Source: a virus (taxonomy: Duplodnaviria; Heunggongvirae; Uroviricota; Caudoviricetes). Taken from it: 11,279 nucleotides of DNA. Of the stretch, positions 1-7,589 are shown in pieces. The translations under genes were made by a program, and so were the position numbers. The notes beneath the pieces are model-generated. The model made no database searches. It was not told where the DNA came from and was given only the letters and a program-made list of their open reading frames with translations. Within the stretch, counting starts at the first letter, position 1. Each line of letters begins with the position of its first letter. The stretch is taken from the IMG/VR virus record IMGVR_UViG_2778261535_000008, positions 1 to 11,279 of that record, one strand, 5' to 3'.

Positions 1-1056
1 AAATATCAGGTCAGTCAGGGCGAATTATCAACCCTGTCAGAAGCGCAGAAAAAAACGCTTTTACAGAATGCGGCACTCATCGACCAGAAAAAGATTCGTG
101 AGCAGCTTGCCGCGTATGAAAGCAGTCTGGCGGACAGTAATGCCAGTGCCCGTGCATCTGACGACGCGCAGTTGCTGGGATATGGTGAAGGCTCACGGAT
201 GCGTGAACGACTCCAGGAAATGTGGAGTATCCGGCAGGCGTTTGAGCAGAAAAATAACGAGCTGCTGAGACAGTATCAGACCGGAGAAATTGAAGAAGCC
301 CTGTGGAAACAGGAAAAATCGCTGAATGAAAAATATCTGGAAGAGCGTCTCAGCGATCAGCAGGATTATTATGCAAAGGCTGATGCTTTACGCAGTAACT
401 GGAATGCCGGGCTCAAAGAGGGGCTGACGAACTGGGCAGACAGTGCCACTGATTATGCTTCGCAGGCGGCAGATGCTGTCGTTTCCACTATGGACGGGCT
501 GGTATCAAATATTTCCGATGCACTGGCCGGGAATGTTGTGGACTGGAGAAACTGGGGGAGTTCAATTCTCCAGGAAGTTTCAAAAATCCTGATGAACGCG
601 GCAATTGTTAACGGGCTGAAATCACTCTCCGGGACAATGTCGGGAGCGGGGGGATGGATTGGTAGTGTTGGCGACTGGCTTTCCGGTGCAGTAGCGAACG
701 CAAAAGGCGGTGTTTACACATCGGCAAATCTGAGTGCTTACAGTAACACCATTGTGGATACGCCGACGTACTTTGCTTTTGCGAAAGGTGCCGGGCTGAT
801 GGGGGAAGCCGGACCTGAAGCTATCATGCCGCTTACGCGGGCAGCGGACGGTTCTCTTGGGGTCAGGGCTATTGGCAATGTGAATGGTGGTGGCGGATTT
901 GTCTATTCTCCCGTGTATCACATCAATATTCAGAATAAAGGGAGCAATGGCGAGATTGATACGCAGTCAGCCAGGGGGCTGGTGGATCTGATCGACAGCA
1001 GGGTTGTGTCAATTATGCAGTCATCACGTCGGGACGGAGGATTATGCAGTGCCTGA
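1..1056 (+). CDS. H: Tail tape measure protein, C-terminal portion (5'-truncated by the window edge)
   Basis: Frame 1 is open from base 1 to the TGA at 1054-1056; the ORF track reports only the part from the first Met at 172. Gly/Ala/Ser-rich C-terminal region immediately upstream of M-L-K-I-J, as in lambda. Function assigned by position and synteny. Confidence 0.85.
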   Translation, partial: KYQVSQGELSTLSEAQKKTLLQNAALIDQKKIREQLAAYESSLADSNASARASDDAQLLGYGEGSRMRERLQEMWSIRQAFEQKNNELLRQYQTGEIEEALWKQEKSLNEKYLEERLSDQQDYYAKADALRSNWNAGLKEGLTNWADSATDYASQAADAVVSTMDGLVSNISDALAGNVVDWRNWGSSILQEVSKILMNAAIVNGLKSLSGTMSGAGGWIGSVGDWLSGAVANAKGGVYTSANLSAYSNTIVDTPTYFAFAKGAGLMGEAGPEAIMPLTRAADGSLGVRAIGNVNGGGGFVYSPVYHINIQNKGSNGEIDTQSARGLVDLIDSRVVSIMQSSRRDGGLCSA

Positions 1057-1390
1057 ACCTGAAGTTTTTAACTGGATCCCCCGCGAGGGGATGGAGACGA
1101 CACGAAAGCCATCTGTTATTACAGTAAAGTTCGGTGACGGATATGAACAGCGACGGGCTGGTGGTCTGAATGCGGATCTGAAAACCTTTAAACCGGTATT
1201 TCGTGTCACAGATGAATATTCCCGCGCCGCGCTGGACAGTTTTTTATCCCGTCATGCCGGGATGCGTGCTTTTTTGTGGCGCCCGCCAAAACACAACAGG
1301 ACTGTCAGGGTTGTCTGCAGGGAGTGGAGTACTTCGGATAATGCCATGTATACCGATTTTAACTGTACCTTTGAAGAGGTCACTCACTGA
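1049..1390 (+). CDS. M: Minor tail protein M
   Basis: Translation (VPEPEVFNWIPREGMETTRKPSVITVKFGDGYEQR...) matches the lambda gpM family, including the conserved VxFGDGY and FLWxPP segments. Proposed start is the GTG at 1049, 8 nt after a GGAGG at 1036-1040 and overlapping the H stop; the TTG at 1004 given by the ORF track is less likely. Start codon is the uncertain part. Confidence 0.8.
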   Translation: MPEPEVFNWIPREGMETTRKPSVITVKFGDGYEQRRAGGLNADLKTFKPVFRVTDEYSRAALDSFLSRHAGMRAFLWRPPKHNRTVRVVCREWSTSDNAMYTDFNCTFEEVTH

Positions 1391-2088
1391 TGCAGGATAT
1401 ACAACAGGAAACACTGAATGAGTGTACAAAAGCGGAGCAATCCGCACTGGTCGTGCTCTGGGAAGTCGATCTGACAGAAGTCGGTGGCGAGCGTTATTTT
1501 TTCTGTAATGAGCAGAACGAAAAAGGTGAGTCAGTCACCTGGCAGGGGCGGCAGTATCAGGCGTATCCCATTCAGGGGAGCGGATTTGAGATGAACGGCA
1601 AAGGAGCCAGTGCCAGACCAACACTGAAGGTATCTAATCTGCACGGTATGGTCACTGGTATGGCGGAAGATCTGCATAGTCTGGTCGGCGGAACGGTGGT
1701 CCGGCGTAAGGTTTACGCCCGTTTTCTGGATGCGGTGAACTTCGTCAACGGAAACAGCGAAGCCGATCCGGAGCAGGAGGTGATCAGCCGCTGGCGCATC
1801 GAGCAGTGCAGCGAACTGAGCGCGGTCAGTGCCTCTTTTGTGCTGTCCACACCGACGGAAACGGATGGTGCTGTTTTCCCGGGGCGCATCATGCTAGCTA
1901 ATACCTGCACCTGGACCTATCGCGGTGATGAGTGCGGTTATAACGGTCCGGCTGTCGCTGATGAATATGACCAGCCGACGTCCGATATCACGAAGGATAA
2001 ATGCAGCAAATGCCTGAGTGGCTGTAAGTTTCGCAATAATGTCGGCAACTTTGGCGGCTTCCTTTCCATTAACAAACTTTCGCAGTAA
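1390..2088 (+). CDS. L: Minor tail protein L
   Basis: 232-aa product MQDIQQETLNECTKAEQSALVVLWEVDL...GGFLSINKLSQ matches lambda gpL nearly end to end as I recall it, including the C-terminal Cys cluster (CSKCLSGC). ATG overlaps the M stop (TGATG at 1388-1392). Confidence 0.92.
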   Translation: MQDIQQETLNECTKAEQSALVVLWEVDLTEVGGERYFFCNEQNEKGESVTWQGRQYQAYPIQGSGFEMNGKGASARPTLKVSNLHGMVTGMAEDLHSLVGGTVVRRKVYARFLDAVNFVNGNSEADPEQEVISRWRIEQCSELSAVSASFVLSTPTETDGAVFPGRIMLANTCTWTYRGDECGYNGPAVADEYDQPTSDITKDKCSKCLSGCKFRNNVGNFGGFLSINKLSQ

Positions 2089-2093
2089 ATCCC

Positions 2094-2837
2094 ATGACAG
2101 AGACAGAATCAGCGATTCTGGCGCACGCCCGACGATGTGCGCCAGCGGAGTCGTGCGGCTTCGTGGTGAGAACACCGGAGGGGAAAAGATATTTTCCCTG
2201 CGTGAATATCTCCGGTGAGCCGGAGGAGTATTTCCGGATGTCGCCGGAGGACTGGCTGCAGGCAGAGATGCAGGGTGAGATTGTCGCGCTGGTCCACAGC
2301 CATCCCGGTGGTCTGCCCTGGCTGAGTGAAGCCGACCGGCGGCTGCAGGTGCAGAGTGATTTGCCGTGGTGGCTGGTCTGCCGTGGGGAGATTCATAAAT
2401 TCCGCTGTGTGCCGTATCTCACCGGGCGGCGCTTTGAGCACGGGGTGACGGACTGTTACACGCTGTTCCGGGACGCTTACCATCTGGCGGGGATTGAGAT
2501 GCCGGATTTTCACCGCGAGGATGACTGGTGGCGTAACGGTCAGAATCTCTATCTGGATAATCTGGAGGCCACAGGGCTGTATCAGGTGCCGTTGTCAGCG
2601 GCGCAGCCGGGCGATGTGCTGCTGTGCTGTTTTGGTTCATCGGTGCCGAATCATGCCGCCATTTACTGCGGCGACGGCGAGCTGTTGCACCATATTCCTG
2701 AACAACTGAGTAAACGAGAGAGGTATACCGACAAATGGCAGCGACGCACACACTCCCTCTGGCGTCACCGGGCATGGCACGCATCTGCCTTTACGGGGAT
2801 TTACAACGATTTGGCCGCCGCATCGACCTTCGTGTGA
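2094..2837 (+). CDS. K: Tail tip assembly protein K, long form (N-terminal MPN/JAMM domain plus C-terminal NlpC/P60 domain)
   Basis: 247-aa ORF. A JAMM motif HSHPGGLPWLSEAD (HxHx7Sx2D) is encoded at about 2295-2336. NlpC/P60-type Cys (GVTDCYTLF) and His (HAAIYCGDGELLHH) lie downstream. The in-frame ATG at 2238 corresponds to the shorter 199-aa form annotated in lambda. The 3' end overlaps I by 103 nt. Confidence 0.9.
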   Translation: MTETESAILAHARRCAPAESCGFVVRTPEGKRYFPCVNISGEPEEYFRMSPEDWLQAEMQGEIVALVHSHPGGLPWLSEADRRLQVQSDLPWWLVCRGEIHKFRCVPYLTGRRFEHGVTDCYTLFRDAYHLAGIEMPDFHREDDWWRNGQNLYLDNLEATGLYQVPLSAAQPGDVLLCCFGSSVPNHAAIYCGDGELLHHIPEQLSKRERYTDKWQRRTHSLWRHRAWHASAFTGIYNDLAAASTFV

Positions 2838-3382
2838 AAACGGGGGCCGAAGCCATCCGGGCGCTGGCCACGCAGCTTCCGTCGTTTCGCCAGAAACTGA
2901 ATGAGGGCTGGTATCAGGTGCGCATTGCCGGGCGTGATGCAGGCGAAAATGAATTATCTGCCCGTCTTAATGAACCGCTGGTAAACGGCGCAGTGATCCA
3001 CATCGTACCGCGTCTGGCGGGAGCTAAAAGTGGCGGTGTTTTTCAGGCAGTGCTGGGTGCGGCGCTGATTGCGGTGGCATGGTGGAACCCTGTGGGCTGG
3101 CTGGGTGCCGCGGCTGTATCGGGCATGTATGCGGCAGGGGCCAGTATGATCCTGGGCGGTGTGGCTCAGATGCTGGCACCAAAAGCCAGAACTCCCCGCA
3201 CACAGACAACGGATAACGGTAAGCAGAACACCTATTTCTCCTCACTGGATAACATGGTTGCCCAGGGCAATGTCCTGCCTGTTCTGTACGGTGAAATGCG
3301 CGTGGGGTCGCGGGTGGTTTCTCAGGAGATCAGCACGGCAGACGAAGGGGACGGTGGTCAGGTTGTGGTGATTGGTCGCTGA
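2735..3382 (+). CDS. I: Tail tip assembly protein I
   Basis: 215-aa product MAATHTLPLASPGMARICLYGDLQRFGRRIDLRVKTGAEAIRALATQLP...GGQVVVIGR matches the lambda gpI family, with a ubiquitin-like N-terminal region and a hydrophobic Gly/Ala-rich centre. Starts inside the 3' end of K in a different frame, as in lambda. Confidence 0.9.
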   Translation: MAATHTLPLASPGMARICLYGDLQRFGRRIDLRVKTGAEAIRALATQLPSFRQKLNEGWYQVRIAGRDAGENELSARLNEPLVNGAVIHIVPRLAGAKSGGVFQAVLGAALIAVAWWNPVGWLGAAAVSGMYAAGASMILGGVAQMLAPKARTPRTQTTDNGKQNTYFSSLDNMVAQGNVLPVLYGEMRVGSRVVSQEISTADEGDGGQVVVIGR

Positions 3383-3400
3383 TGCAAAATGTTTTATGTG

Positions 3401-3428
3401 AAACCGCCTCCGGGCGGTTTTGTCGTTT
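3401..3428 (+). terminator. Hairpin followed by a T-rich tract between I and J (possible weak terminator or attenuator)
   Basis: aaaccgcc (3401-3408), loop tccg, ggcggttt (3413-3420), then tgtcgttt. Perfect 8-bp stem but the U-tract is interrupted. It sits 15 nt upstream of the J start. Confidence 0.3.
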
Positions 3429-3442
3429 ATGGAGCGTGAGGA

Positions 3443-6400
3443 ATGGGTAAAGGCAGCAGTAAGGGGCATACCCCGCGCGAAGCGAAGGACAACCTGAAGT
3501 CCACGCAGTTACTGAGTGTGATTGATGCCATCAGCGAAGGACCGATTGAAGGTCCGGTGGATGGATTAAAAAGCGTGCTGCTGAACAGTACGCCGGTGCT
3601 GGACAGTGAAGGGAATACCAACATCGCCGGTGTCACGGTGGTGTTCCGGGCAGGTGAGCAGGAGCAGACACCGCCGGAGGGTTTTGAATCCTCCGGATCC
3701 GAGACGGTGCTGGGTACGGAAGTGAAATACGACACGCCGATCACCCGGACCATCACGTCTGCAAACATCGACCGTCTGCGCTTTACCTTCGGTGTGCAGG
3801 CTCTGGTGGAAACCACTTCAAAGGGGGACCGGAATCCGTCGGAAGTCCGCCTGCTGGTTCAGATACAGCGTAACGGTGGCTGGGTGACGGAAAAAGACAT
3901 CACCATTAAGGGCAAAACCACCTCGCAGTATCTGGCCTCGGTGGTGGTGGATAACCTGCCTCCGCGCCCGTTCAATATCCGGATGCGCAGGATGACGCCG
4001 GACAGCACCACAGACCAGCTGCAGAACAAAACGCTCTGGTCGTCATACACCGAAATCATCGATGTGAAACAGTGCTACCCGAACACGGCACTGGTCGGCG
4101 TGCAGGTGGATTCGGAGCAGTTCGGCAGCCAGCAGGTGAGCCGTAATTATCATCTGCGCGGGCGCATTCTGCAGGTGCCGTCGAACTATAACCCGCAGAC
4201 GCGGCAATACAGCGGTATCTGGGACGGGACGTTTAAGCCAGCATACAGCAACAACATGGCCTGGTCTCTGTGGGATATGCTGACCCATCCGCGCTACGGC
4301 ATGGGGAAACGTCTTGGTGCGGCGGATGTGGACAAATGGGCGCTGTATGTCATCGGCCAGCATTGCGATCAGTCGGTGCCGGACGGTTTTGGCGGCACAG
4401 AGCCGCGCATCACCTGTAATGCGTACCTGACCACACAGCGTAAGGCGTGGGATGTTCTCAGTGATTTCTGCTCGGCGATGCGCTGTATGCCGGTATGGAA
4501 CGGGCAGACGCTGACGTTCGTGCAGGACCGACCGTCGGATAAGGTGTGGACCTATAACCGCAGTAATGTGGTGATGCCGGATGATGGCGCGCCGTTCCGC
4601 TACAGCTTCAGCGCCCTGAAGGACCGCCATAATGCCGTTGAGGTGAACTGGATTGACCCGAATAACGGCTGGGAGACGGCGACAGAGCTTGTGGAGGACA
4701 CGCAGGCCATTGCCCGTTACGGTCGTAACGTCACGAAGATGGATGCTTTTGGCTGTACCAGCCGGGGGCAGGCACACCGCGCCGGGCTGTGGCTGATTAA
4801 AACGGAGCTGCTGGAAACGCAGACCGTGGACTTCAGCGTGGGCGCAGAAGGGCTTCGCCATGTACCGGGCGATGTCATTGAAATCTGTGATGATGACTAT
4901 GCGGGTATCAGCATCGGCGGGCGCGTACTGGCGGTGAACAGCCAGACGCGGACACTGACGCTCGACCGTGAAATCACGCTGCCATCCTCCGGCACCACGC
5001 TGATAAGCCTGGTTGACGGACAGGGGAATCCGGTCAGCGTGGAGGTCCAGTCCGTCACCGACGGCGTGAAGGTGAAAGTGAGCCGGGTTCCTGACGGCGT
5101 TGCTGAATACAGCGTGTGGGGGCTGAAGCTGCCGACGCTGCGCCAGCGCCTGTTCCGCTGTGTGAGTATCCGTGAGAACGACGACGGCACGTATGCCATC
5201 ACTGCCGTGCAGCATGTACCGGAAAAAGAAGCCATTGTGGATAACGGGGCGCACTTTGACGGCGACCAGAGCGGCACGGTGAATGGTGTCACGCCGCCAG
5301 CGGTGCAGCACCTGACCGCAGAAGTCACCGCAGACAGCGGGGAATACCAGGTGCTGGCGCGCTGGGATACGCCGAAGGTGGTGAAGGGCGTGAGCTTTAT
5401 GCTTCGCCTGACCGTGGCAGCGGATGACGGCAGTGAGCGGCTGGTCAGCACGGCCCGGACGACGGAAACCACATACCGCTTCAGGCAGCTGGCTCTGGGA
5501 AATTACAGTCTGACAGTCCGGGCGGTAAATGCGTGGGGGCAGCAGGGCGATCCGGCGTCGGTATCGTTCCGGATTGCCGCACCGGCAGCGCCATCGCGGA
5601 TTGAGCTGACGCCGGGCTATTTTCAGATAACCGCCACGCCGCATCTTGCGGTTTATGATCCGACTGTACAGTTTGAGTTCTGGTTCTCGGAAAAGCGGAT
5701 TGCGGATATCAGGCAGGTTGAAACCACAGCCCGCTATCTTGGCACGGCGCTGTACTGGATAGCTGCCAGTATCAATATTAAGCCGGGTCATGATTATTAT
5801 TTTTACGTTCGCAGTGTGAACACCGTTGGCAAATCGGCATTCGTGGAGGCTGTCGGTCGGGCGAGCGATGATGCGGAAGGTTACCTGGATTTTTTCAAAG
5901 GCCAGATAACCGAATCCCATCTCGGCAAGGAGCTGCTGGAAAAAGTCGAGCTGACGGAGGATAACGCCAGCAAACTGGAGGAGTTTTCGAAAGAGTGGAA
6001 AGACGCCAACGATAAATGGAATGCCATGTGGGGCGTCAAAATTGAGCAGACCGAAGACGGCAAACATTATGTCGCGGGGCTTGGCCTTAGTATGGAGGAT
6101 ACGGAGGAAGGCAAACTGAGCCAGTTCCTGGTTGCCGCTAACCGTATCGCGTTTATTGACCCGGCAAACGGGAATGAAACGCCGATGTTTGTGGCGCAGG
6201 GCAACCAGATATTCATGAACGAAGTGTTCCTGAAGTATCTGACGGCTCCCACCATTACCAGTGGCGGCAATCCTCCGGTATTTTCCCTGACACCGGACGG
6301 GCGGCTGACGGCGAAAAATGCCGATATCAGCGGTAACGTGAATGCGAACTCCGGGACGCTCAACAACGTCACGGTAAATGAAAACTGTACGATTAAGGGC

Positions 6401-6856
6401 ATGCTGGAGGCGAACCAGGTCAGAGGTGACTTCGTTAAAGCTGTATCCAAATCATTCCCGAAACAGGCTGGTACGTGGGGTAACACGGAAACACCAAACG
6501 GGACGGTTACAGTCACCATCAGCGATGATCATAACTTTGACCGTCAAATCATTATTCCGCCCATTATCTTTAACGGAATAGCGTATAGCGATCCGGGAAG
6601 TGGTAATAACCCGGGAGGTACAAGATACACGGGTTATGGTTTTGAAGTTCGCAAAAACGGTGTATTAATCGCATCCAGAGAAACTAAAGGGGCCATTCCC
6701 GGTAGCTACAGTGCGGTTATTGATATGCCGAGTGGCAGGGGAAGCGTCACTCTGGAGTTTAAGGTTTTCCATAAAGGCAATCAGTGGGCAGGTAATATCA
6801 CCGACTGTACGGTGATTGTGACCAAAAAAGCCGCTTCCGGCATCAGTATTCGTTGA
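3443..6856 (+). CDS. J: Host specificity protein J (central tail fiber / tip attachment protein)
   Basis: 1137-aa ORF with GGAG at 3431-3434. The N-terminal ~980 aa ([54 protein letters not shown]...) closely match lambda gpJ as I recall it. The C-terminal ~150 aa are divergent (see findings). Confidence 0.95.
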   Translation: MGKGSSKGHTPREAKDNLKSTQLLSVIDAISEGPIEGPVDGLKSVLLNSTPVLDSEGNTNIAGVTVVFRAGEQEQTPPEGFESSGSETVLGTEVKYDTPITRTITSANIDRLRFTFGVQALVETTSKGDRNPSEVRLLVQIQRNGGWVTEKDITIKGKTTSQYLASVVVDNLPPRPFNIRMRRMTPDSTTDQLQNKTLWSSYTEIIDVKQCYPNTALVGVQVDSEQFGSQQVSRNYHLRGRILQVPSNYNPQTRQYSGIWDGTFKPAYSNNMAWSLWDMLTHPRYGMGKRLGAADVDKWALYVIGQHCDQSVPDGFGGTEPRITCNAYLTTQRKAWDVLSDFCSAMRCMPVWNGQTLTFVQDRPSDKVWTYNRSNVVMPDDGAPFRYSFSALKDRHNAVEVNWIDPNNGWETATELVEDTQAIARYGRNVTKMDAFGCTSRGQAHRAGLWLIKTELLETQTVDFSVGAEGLRHVPGDVIEICDDDYAGISIGGRVLAVNSQTRTLTLDREITLPSSGTTLISLVDGQGNPVSVEVQSVTDGVKVKVSRVPDGVAEYSVWGLKLPTLRQRLFRCVSIRENDDGTYAITAVQHVPEKEAIVDNGAHFDGDQSGTVNGVTPPAVQHLTAEVTADSGEYQVLARWDTPKVVKGVSFMLRLTVAADDGSERLVSTARTTETTYRFRQLALGNYSLTVRAVNAWGQQGDPASVSFRIAAPAAPSRIELTPGYFQITATPHLAVYDPTVQFEFWFSEKRIADIRQVETTARYLGTALYWIAASINIKPGHDYYFYVRSVNTVGKSAFVEAVGRASDDAEGYLDFFKGQITESHLGKELLEKVELTEDNASKLEEFSKEWKDANDKWNAMWGVKIEQTEDGKHYVAGLGLSMEDTEEGKLSQFLVAANRIAFIDPANGNETPMFVAQGNQIFMNEVFLKYLTAPTITSGGNPPVFSLTPDGRLTAKNADISGNVNANSGTLNNVTVNENCTIKGMLEANQVRGDFVKAVSKSFPKQAGTWGNTETPNGTVTVTISDDHNFDRQIIIPPIIFNGIAYSDPGSGNNPGGTRYTGYGFEVRKNGVLIASRETKGAIPGSYSAVIDMPSGRGSVTLEFKVFHKGNQWAGNITDCTVIVTKKAASGISIR

Positions 6857-6877
6857 AATTGTTATAACCCATATAAG

Positions 6878-6901
6878 GGCACCAGAAATGGTGCCTTTTT
6901 T
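6878..6901 (+). terminator. Rho-independent terminator downstream of J
   Basis: Stem ggcacc (6878-6883), loop agaaat, stem ggtgcc (6890-6895), followed by six T (6896-6901). Confidence 0.6.
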
Positions 6902-6925
6902 ATTGCAGAAAAGCGAGAGGTAATT

Positions 6926-7525
6926 ATGCGTAAACTTTATGCCGCCATTTTTTCCGCAGCCATCTGTCTGGCCGTATCCGGTGCGCCTGCATGGGCATCT
7001 GAACATCAGTCCACGCTGAGCGCGGGGTATCTTCATGCCTCGACGAACGTTCCCGGCAGCGATGATCTTAACGGGATTAACGTGAAATACCGTTATGAGT
7101 TTACGGACACACTGGGGCTGGTGACGTCATTCAGCTATGCAGGAGACAAGAATCGCCAGCTTACCCGTTACAGCGATACCCGCTGGCATGAAGATTCCGT
7201 GCGTAACCGCTGGTTCAGCGTGATGGCGGGGCCGTCTGTGCGCGTGAATGAATGGTTCAGCGCGTATGCGATGGCGGGTATGGCTTACAGCCGTGTTTCG
7301 ACTTTCTCCGGAGATTATATCCGCGTAACTGACAACAAGGGGAAAACGCACGATGTGCTGACCGGAAGTGATGACGGTCGCCACAGCGACACGTCTCTGG
7401 CATGGGGGGCTGGCGTGCAGTTTAACCCGACCGAATCCGTGGCCATTGATATTGCTTATGAAGGTTCCGGCAGTGGCGACTGGCGCACTGACGGTTTCAT
7501 CGTTGGTGTCGGTTATAAATTCTGA
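6926..7525 (+). CDS. lom: Lom, outer membrane beta-barrel protein of the Ail/Lom/PagC family (moron)
   Basis: 199-aa product with an N-terminal signal peptide ([24 protein letters not shown], AxA cleavage motif), alternating amphipathic beta-strand pattern and a C-terminal aromatic residue (GVGYKF). Located between J and stf as in lambda. RBS GAGAGG at 6915-6920. Confidence 0.9.
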
Positions 7526-7551
7526 TTAGCCAGGTAACACAGTGTTATGAC

Positions 7552-7578
7552 AGCCCGCCGGTTCAGGCGGGCTTTTTT
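7552..7578 (+). terminator. Rho-independent terminator downstream of lom
   Basis: Stem agcccgcc (7552-7559), loop ggttca, stem ggcgggct (7566-7573), followed by a T-run (7573-7578). Confidence 0.6.
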
Positions 7579-7589
7579 GTGGAGTGGAT

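Noticed and set aside
68-268. 66-aa + strand ORF overlapping the 3' part of H in another frame
   Set aside because: Embedded in the tape measure coding frame, which is open from base 1. No independent start context and no recognisable protein features.
3427-3816. Other short minus-strand ORFs, for example 3427-3816, 6067-6519, 6665-7036 and 7127-7384
   Set aside because: All lie antisense within J or lom and look like chance open frames in GC-rich coding DNA.
4043-6067. 674-aa ORF on the minus strand, entirely inside J
   Set aside because: Antisense to a strongly conserved J coding region. Its translation is Arg/Ala/Pro-rich low-complexity sequence typical of the reverse frame of a GC-rich gene. 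No RBS context and no recognisable domain.
6853-6877. Possible sigma70 promoter for lom (TTGAAA ... TATAAG)
   Set aside because: The spacer between the two hexamers is only about 13 bp, and any transcript would run straight into the terminator hairpin at 6878-6901.
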